NCBI RefSeq assembly: GCF_036554925.1
Contig: NZ_DATBMI010000189.1
Span: forward strand, 10,224-74,223
Origin: Pedococcus sp.
GTDB lineage: Bacteria > Actinomycetota > Actinomycetes > Actinomycetales > Dermatophilaceae
Direction of reading: 5' to 3'
Length of the DNA stretch: 64,000 nt
How positions within the stretch are numbered: position 1 is the first letter of the stretch; every line of letters begins with the position of its first letter. This document shows, piece by piece, positions 20,879-29,906 of the stretch. The position numbers and the translations under genes were made by a program. Below the pieces are notes generated by a model. It ran no database searches. It saw nothing but the letters and a program-made list of their open reading frames with translations, and was not told where the DNA came from.

Positions 20879-22185
20879 CGCCCACCGCGACCGCCGTCGA
20901 CGACTACCTCCCGGGGCACGGCGACTGCACCTACGACGTCCGCCACTACGACCTTGCCCTCGAGTACAAGGTCGTCGGAAACCACCTGTCGGCGCGGGCC
21001 ACTCTCACCGCCGTCGCCGTGGAGGAGGTCGACTGGTTCGGCCTCGACCTCCATGCGCTGCACGTGGCCAAGGTCGTCGTGGACGGCGCCCGCGCCAGGT
21101 ACACGCACCGCGCCGGCAAGCTCGTCGTGCATCCCCGCGAGTCGCTGGCGCGTGGTCAGGAGTTCACGGTCACCGTCACCTACCAGGGGCACCCGACCAC
21201 CGTCCCGGGCATCGACGGCGAGGCGGGGTGGGAGGAGCTGCACGACGGCGTCATCGTGGCGGCGCAGCCGCATGGAGCCCCGTCGTGGTTCCCGTGCAAC
21301 GACAGGCCGTCGAACAAGGCGAGCTACCGGATCTCGGTGGCGGCAGCCACGGCATACCACGTCGTTGCCAACGGCAGGCTGGTCGACCAGCACCGGGGCG
21401 CCAGCCGGACCACGTGGGTCTACGACCAGCCGGAGCCGATGGCCACGTACCTCGCCACGGTGCAGATCGGCCGCTACGGCAGCCGCCTGCTCGCCACCGA
21501 GCCGGTGCCCATCCACGCGCTGAGGTCCGCGGCGCTGGCCCGTCGGGCCGACACCGCGCTCACGCGCCAGCCCGACATGATGGCGGTGTTCACACGGCGC
21601 TTCGGGCCGTACCCCTTCGCCGGGTACACCGTCGTCGTCACCGACGACGCGCTCGAGATCCCCCTGGAGGCGCAGGGCCTGGCCACCTTCGGCGCCAACT
21701 ACGCCACGACGGACTGGGACTCGGAGCGCCTGCTCGCGCACGAGCTGGCGCACCAGTGGTTCGGGAACAGCCTGACGGTCCGGTCCTGGCGCGACATCTG
21801 GCTGCACGAGGGTTTTGCCTGCTACGCCGAGTGGCTCTGGTCCGAGGAGTCCGGCGGACGCCCCGCAGACGCGCACGCCCAGCAGCACTGGCGGCGCCTG
21901 GCCCGGCTGCCGCAGGAGCTCATCCTCGCCGACCCGGGCCCAGACCTGATGTTCGACGACCGGGTCTACAAGCGGGGCGCACTCGTGCTCCACGCCCTGC
22001 GGCTCACCCTGGGGGACGAGACCTTCTTCGAGATGCTGCGCGCCTGGGTGGGCGCCAACGCCTACGGCACGGTGACCACGGGCATGTTCGTGGCACACGT
22101 CCAGCAGCACGCCGGCCGCCCGGTGGGTGGCCTGCTCGACCCCTGGCTGTTCGCCGGCCCGCTGCCTGCGCTGCCGGGGTCGTGA
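20875..22185 (+). CDS. cytoplasmic M1-family zinc metallopeptidase, translationally coupled to the NRPS
   Basis: HELAHQWFGN...WLHEGFACYAEW gives HEXXH-x18-E. GTG 20875 overlaps the NRPS TGA as GTGA (alternative GTG 20854). No signal peptide or TM segment. Confidence 0.85.
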   Translation: MTPTATAVDDYLPGHGDCTYDVRHYDLALEYKVVGNHLSARATLTAVAVEEVDWFGLDLHALHVAKVVVDGARARYTHRAGKLVVHPRESLARGQEFTVTVTYQGHPTTVPGIDGEAGWEELHDGVIVAAQPHGAPSWFPCNDRPSNKASYRISVAAATAYHVVANGRLVDQHRGASRTTWVYDQPEPMATYLATVQIGRYGSRLLATEPVPIHALRSAALARRADTALTRQPDMMAVFTRRFGPYPFAGYTVVVTDDALEIPLEAQGLATFGANYATTDWDSERLLAHELAHQWFGNSLTVRSWRDIWLHEGFACYAEWLWSEESGGRPADAHAQQHWRRLARLPQELILADPGPDLMFDDRVYKRGALVLHALRLTLGDETFFEMLRAWVGANAYGTVTTGMFVAHVQQHAGRPVGGLLDPWLFAGPLPALPGS

Positions 22186-22207
22186 CGGCGGCCGCGCGGC
22201 GCACGGG

Positions 22208-22441
22208 CTACCCGGCGACGACCTCTTCCTGGGCCTCCTCTCCCCGGCGGCCCATCGCCGTCAGCTGGGCGCGGGCCTCTCTCTCGACCAGCAGCGGCAC
22301 GTAGTCGCGAACCGGCCCGTCGAAGCGGGCGTGAACCTGCTCGACCGTGGCCCGCACCTGTGCGGCGGGCAGATGGGGGAAACGCGTCCCCAGCCTCTGG
22401 CAGACCTCCTCGAGGGCCTGGCGCTCATCCAGCTTCGACAT
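22208..22441 (-). CDS. small conserved actinobacterial protein (three-helix-bundle dimerisation-domain-like)
   Basis: About 77 aa. ALEEVCQRLGTRFPHLPAAQVRATVEQVHARFDGPVRDYVPLLVEREARAQL matches a pattern I recall from this family. Alternative GTG start at 22459. Confidence 0.5.
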   Translation of the reverse strand: MSKLDERQALEEVCQRLGTRFPHLPAAQVRATVEQVHARFDGPVRDYVPLLVEREARAQLTAMGRRGEEAQEEVVAG

Positions 22442-22689
22442 GGGAGCACTGTCCCCCACGGGGGCAGTGCTGACACCCCCCCAGGGGGACTAGTCCGTGC
22501 CCCTGCTCAGGCTGGCCCGCCCGCGGCCACGGTCGTGACCGGCGCCGGCGTGAAGAGGCCGGCGACGGCCTCGTACGACGACAGCAGCGGCGGGAGCGTC
22601 CGCACCCGACGCCAGCGGCGCCCCCTCACCCTCGCCACCTGTTGCGGACCGAGTTGCCGGCCTGCGGGGCGAGCAGGCATGGTGCCGCC

Positions 22690-23991
22690 ATGACCCCCAC
22701 CAGAGCCCAGGACCTCGCCGAGACGGCCGAGCTCGCCGCCCGAGCCCGCAGGGTCGGTGGGGCGGGCACCTCGCTCAGCGAGGACGAGGTGACAGCGTTC
22801 GTCGCCGAGTCCCTGGCAGGGGTGGACCTCGACGGTCGCAGTGTGTGCCTGGTAGTGCCCGATGGGACGCGCAGCTGTCCCCTCCCTCTGCTGCTCAAGG
22901 CGATTCACGCAGCCCTGGCGGGGCGGGCGACCCGGACCACTGTCCTCATCGCCCTCGGCACGCATGCCGCCATGGACGACGCTGCCCTTGCCCGGCACCT
23001 GGGCCACCCCGAGGGCGGCCTCGACACGGCATACCCGGGGGTGACCGTGATGAACCACGAGTGGTGGGACCCCCAGACCTTCGTGTCCGTGGGCACGATC
23101 CCGTCCGAGAGGATCAGTGAGCTCTCGGAGGGCCGGCTCGACCAGGCGGTGGACGTCCGGCTGAACCGCCACGTCGTGGAGCACGACGTGGCACTCGTGG
23201 TGGGCCCGGTCTTCCCCCACGAGGTGGTCGGGTTCTCGGGCGGCAACAAGTACTTCTTCCCCGGCGTCGCCGGGCAGGAGGTCATCGACCTCTCCCACTG
23301 GCTGGGCGCCCTCATCACCAGCGCCGACATCATCGGCACCCGCGGCATCACGCCGGTGCGGGCCCTGATCAACGAGGCCGCCTCGCTCATCCCATCGGAG
23401 CGTCTGGCCCTCTGCCTCGTGGTGAAGTCGGGCAGCAGCGTCCTGCATGCGATCTCGTTCGGCGATCCCGAGTCGGCGTGGGCTGCCGCGGCGGAGGTGT
23501 CCGCGCAGACCCATGTGCGCTACCTCGACGCGCCGGTACGCCGGGTGCTGTCCATCATGCCGGAGAAGTACGAGGACATCTGGACCGCGGCCAAGGGGTT
23601 CTACAAGCTCGAGCCCGTGGTGGCCGACGGCGGCGAGGTGATCCTCTACGCGCCGCACGTCACCGAGATCGCCGCGATGCACCCCGAGATCAACGAGATC
23701 GGCTACCACTGCCGCGACTACTTCGTGAAGCAGTGGGACCGGTTCAAGCACGTGCACTGGGGCGTCCTCGCCCACTCCACGCACCTGCGTGGGGCCGGCA
23801 CCTATGACGAGGTGGGCGGAGAGAGGCTCCGGCTGACGGTGACCCTGGCCACGGGCATCCCCGAGGACGTCGTGCGCGCAGCCAACCTCGACTACCTCGA
23901 CCCACGCGAGGTGGATGTCGCGGCCTTCGAGGCCGACCCGGACACCCTCGTCGTCCCCCAGGCGGGGGAGGTCCTCTTCCGGCTCCGATGA
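22690..23991 (+). CDS. larA: LarA-family nickel-pincer-dependent 2-hydroxyacid racemase/epimerase
   Basis: VVPDGTRSCP, ALGTHAAM (catalytic His), FPHEVVGFSGGNKYFFPG (second His and the cofactor-tethering Lys) and IDLSHW. The ORF track start is TTG 22642. Confidence 0.85.
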   Translation: MTPTRAQDLAETAELAARARRVGGAGTSLSEDEVTAFVAESLAGVDLDGRSVCLVVPDGTRSCPLPLLLKAIHAALAGRATRTTVLIALGTHAAMDDAALARHLGHPEGGLDTAYPGVTVMNHEWWDPQTFVSVGTIPSERISELSEGRLDQAVDVRLNRHVVEHDVALVVGPVFPHEVVGFSGGNKYFFPGVAGQEVIDLSHWLGALITSADIIGTRGITPVRALINEAASLIPSERLALCLVVKSGSSVLHAISFGDPESAWAAAAEVSAQTHVRYLDAPVRRVLSIMPEKYEDIWTAAKGFYKLEPVVADGGEVILYAPHVTEIAAMHPEINEIGYHCRDYFVKQWDRFKHVHWGVLAHSTHLRGAGTYDEVGGERLRLTVTLATGIPEDVVRAANLDYLDPREVDVAAFEADPDTLVVPQAGEVLFRLR

Positions 23992-24198
23992 ACAGGCGAT
24001 CCCCCGCACCACTAGCCGGGTCAGCAGGACCCAGCGGCGCAGAGATGGGGGATGGGCACGAGCGTTGTGCGTGCCACGTGGCCGCCGGTGTGCTCCCACG
24101 GGCTGGGGCGAGGTCGACCGGGAGGGCGTGTTCCACACACAATGGTCGCTCGACAGGTCCGAGAACCAGATGACGGCCCCCAGGTGAGGTGAGCAGTG

Positions 24199-25050
24199 AT
24201 GTCGCACGACGCGACGTTCGGCGCGGACGGCCCCCGTGTGGCAGCGTTGACAGCCGGGCTGGCCGGCATCGACCGCCTCGGCGTCGCCTACTCGGGGGGT
24301 GTGGACTCAGCCACGCTGCTGGCGCTGGCCGTGCGGGCGCTGGGCAGCGGGCGGGTGCTCGCCATCCTGGGCGTCTCGCCGAGCCTCGCGTCGTCGGAAC
24401 GCGAGAAGGCCCATGAGGTCGCGGGGGTCATCGGTGTCCCGGTGGTCGAGGTCCGCACGCTGGAGGGGGACAGCCCCGCCTACCGCGCCAACGGCCCGGA
24501 CCGCTGTTTCCACTGCAAGGACGAGCTGTTCAGCCGCATCGACGACGAGGTCGTGACGGCACACGGCCTCGACGCGGTGGCGTACGGCGAGAACGCCGAT
24601 GATGCTCGACGGCCCGACCGGCCGGGGTCCCGGGCGGCGCAGGATCACCGGGTGCTGCGGCCGCTGGCCGACGCGGGCCTGGACAAGGAGGCGGTGCGCC
24701 GGATCGCCCGAGTGCTCGGGCTGCCCTGCGCGGACAAGCCGGCGGCCCCCTGCCTGGCCTCGCGCATCCCGCACTTCGAGGAGGTCTCGCCGGAGAAGCT
24801 CGCCCAGGTCGAGGCGGCCGAGGCGGCACTGCACAGCCTCGGGTTCCACGAGTGCCGGGTGCGCCACCACGGCGAGGTCGCGCGCGTCGAGCTGCTCGCC
24901 GACGACCTCGAGCGGGCGGTCGGCCCGCACCTTCGCGAGGCGGTCCACGCCGGAGTGCGCAGCGCCGGGTTCCGTTTCGTGGCCGTGGATCTGGCGGGGA
25001 TCCAGTCCGGCGCGTTCACGCTCCCACTGGTGTCGGTCTCCCATGGCTGA
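24199..25050 (+). CDS. larE: LarE, ATP-dependent sulfur transferase for the nickel-pincer cofactor
   Basis: PP-loop VAYSGGVDSATL. Cys-containing motifs are DRCFHCKDELF and APCLASRIPH. Confidence 0.85.
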   Translation: MSHDATFGADGPRVAALTAGLAGIDRLGVAYSGGVDSATLLALAVRALGSGRVLAILGVSPSLASSEREKAHEVAGVIGVPVVEVRTLEGDSPAYRANGPDRCFHCKDELFSRIDDEVVTAHGLDAVAYGENADDARRPDRPGSRAAQDHRVLRPLADAGLDKEAVRRIARVLGLPCADKPAAPCLASRIPHFEEVSPEKLAQVEAAEAALHSLGFHECRVRHHGEVARVELLADDLERAVGPHLREAVHAGVRSAGFRFVAVDLAGIQSGAFTLPLVSVSHG

Positions 25051-25726
25051 CGCAGCCTGGGAGCCGGGGGAGGCGCTGCGCGGGTTGGCGGAGCTCGACG
25101 ACGACCGTGCCGCGCGTCGTGGATACCCCGAGGCCGTCTACTGCGAGGGCAAGACGCCGGAGCAGGTGGCGGCCATCGCCGCGGAGGTGGCCAGACTCGG
25201 CCTGCGCACCCTGTTCACCCGGGCGGCACCCGCACACGCGAAGGCGGTGCTCGCGTCGCTTCCGGACGCGCACTACGCGGAAGGCGCGAGGCTACTCGCG
25301 TGGCCGCCGGAACCGCCCGCGGCCGAGGGCGGCAGGGTGCTCGTCGTGACGGCCGGCACCTCCGACCTCCCGGTCGCCGAGGAGGCGCTGCTGACCGCAC
25401 GTCACCTCGGGCGTGAGGGCGACCTCGTCGCCGACGTGGGGGTCGCCGGGCTGCACCGCATCCTCGGCCGGCTGGCGCAGCTGCGCGCGGCCCGCGTGAT
25501 CGTGGTGGTCGCGGGCATGGACGGGGCGCTGCCGAGCGTGGTCGCCGGGCTGGTCTCCGCTCCCGTGGTCGCCGTGCCGACCTCGGTCGGGTACGGCGCG
25601 GCCTTCGAGGGGCTCGCCCCGCTGCTCACCATGCTGAACAGCTGCGCGCCCGGCGTGGCCGTCGTCAACATCGACAACGGGTACGGCGCCGGGCACATGG
25701 CCGCCCAGATCGCCGCGCCCGTCTAG
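25043..25726 (+). CDS. larB: LarB, nicotinic acid adenine dinucleotide carboxylase/hydrolase (PurE-like)
   Basis: 227 aa. VLVVTAGTSDLPVAEEA, VVVAGMDGALPSVVAGLVSAPVVAVPTSVGYG. Overlaps the larE stop by 8 nt. Confidence 0.85.
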   Translation: MADAAWEPGEALRGLAELDDDRAARRGYPEAVYCEGKTPEQVAAIAAEVARLGLRTLFTRAAPAHAKAVLASLPDAHYAEGARLLAWPPEPPAAEGGRVLVVTAGTSDLPVAEEALLTARHLGREGDLVADVGVAGLHRILGRLAQLRAARVIVVVAGMDGALPSVVAGLVSAPVVAVPTSVGYGAAFEGLAPLLTMLNSCAPGVAVVNIDNGYGAGHMAAQIAAPV

Positions 25727-25893
25727 CGTCTCGCCGCCCCGGTCACCGCTGCACGTCCGGCCCGGTGGGAGCGGCGGCGGCCGTCCGCTCCCGCACGCGG
25801 GCCACGCTCGCCTCCGCCCACGCGCGCCCGCCAGGGCTGACGGCCCGGTCCATTGCTGTGCCACCGGCCGGTGCCGGACGTAGCGTGGGACGG

Positions 25894-27285
25894 GTGAGCC
25901 AGACACCGCGTCCCACGACCCTCGGCGAGCTCCGCTCCAACGGTCACCAGCACCGCACCGTCAAGCAGGAGCTCCGCGACAACCTCCTGTCCCGGCTGCG
26001 CGCGGGTCAGCCGGCCTTCCCGGGGATCGTGGGCTTTGACGACACCGTGCTGCCCGAGCTCGAGAGCGCACTCCTGGCGGGCCACGACCTCGTGCTCCTG
26101 GGCGAGCGCGGGCAGGGCAAGACCCGGCTCATGCGGACCATCGCGGGGCTGCTCGACGACTGGAGCCCGGTCGTGCACGGCTGCGAGATCAACGACGACC
26201 CGATCGCTCCGGTCTGCACACGGTGCCGACGACTGCTGGCCGAGCGCGGCGACGAGCTGCAGGTCGCGTGGCGCCACCGGTCGGAGCGGTACGCCGAGAA
26301 GCTCGCCACGCCGGACACCAGCGTCGGTGACCTCGTGGGTGACGTCGACCCTGTCAAGGTGGCCCAGGGGCGAACCCTGGGCGATCCCGAGACCGTCCAC
26401 TACGGACTCGTCCCGCGCACGAACCGCGGCGTCTTCGGCCTCAACGAGCTGCCCGACCTCGCCGAGCGGATCCAGGTCGCGCTCTTCAACGTCCTCGAGG
26501 AGCGCGACATCCAGATCCGGGGGTACTCCCTGCGCCTGCCCCTCGACCTCCTCCTGGTCGCCAGCGCCAACCCCGAGGACTACACCAACCGAGGGCGGAT
26601 CATCACCCCGCTGAAGGACCGGTTCGGTGCCGAGATCCGCACCCACTACCCGCTCGAGGTCGCCGACGAGACACGTCTGCTGACCCAGGAGGCCGGGCTG
26701 GTTGCCACCGTGCCCGAGCACCTCGTGGAGGTCGTGGCGCGGCTGGCCCGCGCCCTGCGCGAGTCGCCGTCGGTCGACCAGCGGTCCGGGATCTCGGCAC
26801 GGTTCGGCATCGCCGCGCTCGAGGGGGTGGCCGCGACCGCACTGCGTCGCTCCGCCCGTGCCGGCGAGCCCGAGCCCGTGGCCCGGGCGGGGGACCTGCC
26901 CGCGGTCGTGCCGACCCTGCTCGGCAAGGTCGAGTTCGAGATGGGAGAGGAGGGCCGGGAGCGCGACGTGCTCTCGCACCTGCTGCGCCTGGCCATGGCC
27001 GAGACCTTCCGTGAGCGGCTCGCGGGGCTCGACCTGGGCGGCTTCACCGGGCTCTTCGCCGAGGGCGCCGTCGTCGAGACCGGGGAGCTCGTGCCCGCGG
27101 TGCGGCTGCTCGAGCAGGTGGGCACCGTCTCGGGCCTGTCCAAGGTGCTCGACCGGCTCGGCCACGGCGACGACGCCTCTCCGGGCGTCGTGGCCTCGGC
27201 CGTGGAGTTCACGCTCGAGGGCCTGCACCTCACGCGGCGGCTGCAGAAGGACTCCGTGGCGGGCCGGACCGTCTACGGCGCCTAG
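25894..27285 (+). CDS. ChlI/BchI-like AAA+ ATPase
   Basis: Walker A is LLGERGQGKTRL. A Walker-B-like segment (RGVFGLNELPDL), then ALFNVLEERDIQIRGY and LLLVASANPEDY parallel Mg-chelatase subunit I. Start is GTG 25894 or 25885; the ORF track starts at 25765. Confidence 0.8.
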   Translation: MSQTPRPTTLGELRSNGHQHRTVKQELRDNLLSRLRAGQPAFPGIVGFDDTVLPELESALLAGHDLVLLGERGQGKTRLMRTIAGLLDDWSPVVHGCEINDDPIAPVCTRCRRLLAERGDELQVAWRHRSERYAEKLATPDTSVGDLVGDVDPVKVAQGRTLGDPETVHYGLVPRTNRGVFGLNELPDLAERIQVALFNVLEERDIQIRGYSLRLPLDLLLVASANPEDYTNRGRIITPLKDRFGAEIRTHYPLEVADETRLLTQEAGLVATVPEHLVEVVARLARALRESPSVDQRSGISARFGIAALEGVAATALRRSARAGEPEPVARAGDLPAVVPTLLGKVEFEMGEEGRERDVLSHLLRLAMAETFRERLAGLDLGGFTGLFAEGAVVETGELVPAVRLLEQVGTVSGLSKVLDRLGHGDDASPGVVASAVEFTLEGLHLTRRLQKDSVAGRTVYGA

Positions 27286-27287
27286 CC

Positions 27288-29312
27288 ATGGCCCGCCCGT
27301 CGCCCCACGGCCGCTTCCGCTACGGCCCCTGGCGTGGCGGCCCGGACCCGCTCGAGCCGCCCTACGACGTGCGCGCGGCGGTCGACGAGATCGGGCGCGA
27401 CGTCCTGGCAGGCGCGAGCGCGCGCGACGCCCTGCGGGACCTGCTCCGTCGAGGCCTGGGCGGGCGCGACGGTCTTGACGACCTCGCCGACAGGGTGCGC
27501 CGGATGCGCGAGGCCGCCCGGAGGCGAGGCGCCCTCGGCGGGACCCTCGACCAGGTGCGGGCCATGCTCGACCAGGCGCTGGCCGCGGAGCGGGATGCGC
27601 TGGCGGCGGAGGACGGCGACGAGGCCCGACTGGCCGAGATGGACCTTGCCACCCTGCCGGACGACGTGGCCGGGGCGCTTCGCGCCCTCGCGCCCCACGC
27701 CTGGCACTCGGAGGAGGCGCGCGCGGCATACGAGCGGATCCTGGCGATGCTGCGCAGCGAGGTGCTCGACGCCCAGTTCGCCGGCCTGAGCCAGGCCCTC
27801 GCCGGCCAGGCCCCCGAGGCGATGGCGCGGGTCAAGGACATGCTCGCGGACCTCAACGCCCTCCTGGCCGCCCACGCGCGCGCCGAGGACACCACCGACC
27901 GGTTCCGCGAGTTCATGGACCGCCACGGCGAGCTCTTCCCCGAGCAGCCCCGCAATGTCGACGAGCTGGTCGACGCCCTGGCCCGACGCCAGGCGGCGGC
28001 CGAGCGGCTGCTGGCCTCGCTCAGCCCGGCGCAGCGTGAGCAGCTGGAGCAGCTCATGGCCCAGGCCCTGGCCGACCGGGACCTCGCCGCCCAGATGACC
28101 GCGCTCGCTGACAACCTGCGGGCCCTTCGGCCCGGCATGGACCGGCAGGGGCCGGTGCGGATGGCGCCGGGCGGGGGCGGCGAACCTCTCGGGTACACCG
28201 CTGCCGTCGAGGCCGTGGCCGAGCTCGCCGACCTCGAGGCCCTCGGGCAGCAGATCGGGCAGGCGTATGCGGGGGCATCCCTCGACGACGTCGACGTCGA
28301 GCGGCTCGAGCAGCGCCTCGGCGGCAGCGCCGTCCGCGACCTCGAGGCGCTCCGGGAGCTCGAGCGGGAGCTCGAGCGGCAGGGCTACCTCTCCCGAGGG
28401 GAGGACGGGCTCCGCCTCACGCCGCGCGCGGTGCGCCGCCTCGGGGAGAGCGCCTTGCGCAGGGTCTTCGCCCACCTCGAGGCATCCGGACGCGGTGACC
28501 ACGACGAGCACCGGCCCGGCCAGGCGGACGAGCCGACCGGCCTGACCCGTTCGTGGGAGTTCGGGGACGAGCTGCCGCTCGACGCGCCCCGCACCGTGGG
28601 TAACGCCCTGCGCCGCGGCGGGCTCCCGAAAGGCGTCACGGCCGCCGGGGCACCGCCCCGGGCCGGCGGCCCACGAGCGCGCGGCGGTGTGCGGCTGGTG
28701 GTCGACGACTTCGAGGTGGTCGAGACCGAGCGGCGCACCACGGCGGCGGTCGCGCTCTGCGTCGACATGTCGTTCTCGATGGTGCAGGAGGGCCGGTGGG
28801 CACCCATGAAGCAGACCGCCCTGGCCCTGACCCACCTCGTGCAGACGCGCTACCGGCAGGACGCCCTGCAGATCATCGGCTTCGACCGCACTGCCCGGCG
28901 GCTGTCGGCGGTCGAGCTCGCGGAGGTCGAGCCGGAGTGGGTCCAGGGCACGAACCTGCAGCACGCCCTGATGCTGGCGGGCCGGCACCTGCGCCGGCAC
29001 CCCGATGCCGAGCCGGTCGTGCTCGTCGTCACGGACGGGGAGCCGACAGCCCACCTGGGGGAGGACGGGGACCCGGTGTTCCAGTGGCCCACCACGGAGC
29101 AGACCCTGCGTGCCACCATCGCCCAGGTGGACGAGCTGCGCCGCGCCGGTGCAGTGCTCAACATCTTCATGCTGGGGGACGACCCCGGGCTGGCGCGGTT
29201 CGTCGACGCGGTGGCCCGGCGCGCCGGTGGGAGGGTCTTCACCCCGAGCCTCGACCGGCTGGGCGAGTACGTCGTCGCGGACTACCTCAGCACGCGGCGC
29301 GGGCGGCGCTGA
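27288..29312 (+). CDS. VWA-domain protein with long helical N-terminal region
   Basis: 674 aa. The C-terminal von Willebrand A domain has MIDAS motif ALCVDMSFSM, plus GTNLQHAL and VLVVTDGEPT. Its ATG lies 2 nt after the AAA+ gene stop. Confidence 0.8.
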   Translation: MARPSPHGRFRYGPWRGGPDPLEPPYDVRAAVDEIGRDVLAGASARDALRDLLRRGLGGRDGLDDLADRVRRMREAARRRGALGGTLDQVRAMLDQALAAERDALAAEDGDEARLAEMDLATLPDDVAGALRALAPHAWHSEEARAAYERILAMLRSEVLDAQFAGLSQALAGQAPEAMARVKDMLADLNALLAAHARAEDTTDRFREFMDRHGELFPEQPRNVDELVDALARRQAAAERLLASLSPAQREQLEQLMAQALADRDLAAQMTALADNLRALRPGMDRQGPVRMAPGGGGEPLGYTAAVEAVAELADLEALGQQIGQAYAGASLDDVDVERLEQRLGGSAVRDLEALRELERELERQGYLSRGEDGLRLTPRAVRRLGESALRRVFAHLEASGRGDHDEHRPGQADEPTGLTRSWEFGDELPLDAPRTVGNALRRGGLPKGVTAAGAPPRAGGPRARGGVRLVVDDFEVVETERRTTAAVALCVDMSFSMVQEGRWAPMKQTALALTHLVQTRYRQDALQIIGFDRTARRLSAVELAEVEPEWVQGTNLQHALMLAGRHLRRHPDAEPVVLVVTDGEPTAHLGEDGDPVFQWPTTEQTLRATIAQVDELRRAGAVLNIFMLGDDPGLARFVDAVARRAGGRVFTPSLDRLGEYVVADYLSTRRGRR

Positions 29313-29416
29313 CGCGGCCCCGGCGGGCGGGCTCCGGCATCGTTGACCGGACCCGACGCAGGGATGATGCTGGCTGTGTCCCGGCTTTCTCGGTGCCTGT
29401 GGATGGGAGGGACGCG

Positions 29417-29821
29417 ATGGGCGACGACGACCAGGTGGTGGACAACGGTCAGCGAGTGTGGCGGGTCACGCCATCGGAGCGGACGGAGGGGCAGCCGACG
29501 CCGGGCATGCTGCGTGAGCAGGCGGTGTCGACCGAGGGGATGTGGGCCGGCTACGTGACCACGGGCCCCGGCATGGTGTCGGGCTGGCATCACCACGGCG
29601 ACCACGAGTCGAGCATCTACGTGATGTCGGGGGCCCTGCACATGGAGTTCGGCCCGGGCGGGGACCGCGCGCTCGACGCCGCCCCGGGCGACTTCGTCTA
29701 CGTTGCCCCGCACGCCATCCACCGCGAGGGCAACCCCACCGACGTCGAGTCCACCCTCATCGTGGTGCGCGCCGGCAGCGGGGAGGCGGTGTTCAACGTC
29801 GACGGGCCAGCGGCCCGGTAG
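29417..29821 (+). CDS. cupin-domain protein
   Basis: 134 aa. GWHHHGDHESSIYVMSG...GDFVYVAPHAIHREGN gives the two cupin His motifs. GGGAGG SD. Confidence 0.75.
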   Translation: MGDDDQVVDNGQRVWRVTPSERTEGQPTPGMLREQAVSTEGMWAGYVTTGPGMVSGWHHHGDHESSIYVMSGALHMEFGPGGDRALDAAPGDFVYVAPHAIHREGNPTDVESTLIVVRAGSGEAVFNVDGPAAR

Positions 29822-29906
29822 GTCCCGCGCCTACGTCATCGGACGCTTCCGGAGGCGGTGAGAAGGCGGACCATGGGACCTGCGCCGCGTACCCACGGGA
29901 GGTGTC

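Noticed and set aside
23992-24198. The 200-bp gap between larA and larE as a possible small gene or riboswitch
   Set aside because: The small ORFs here (for example 23988-24173) are Arg/Gly-rich with no SD. I saw no stable conserved-looking structure, so I left it unannotated.
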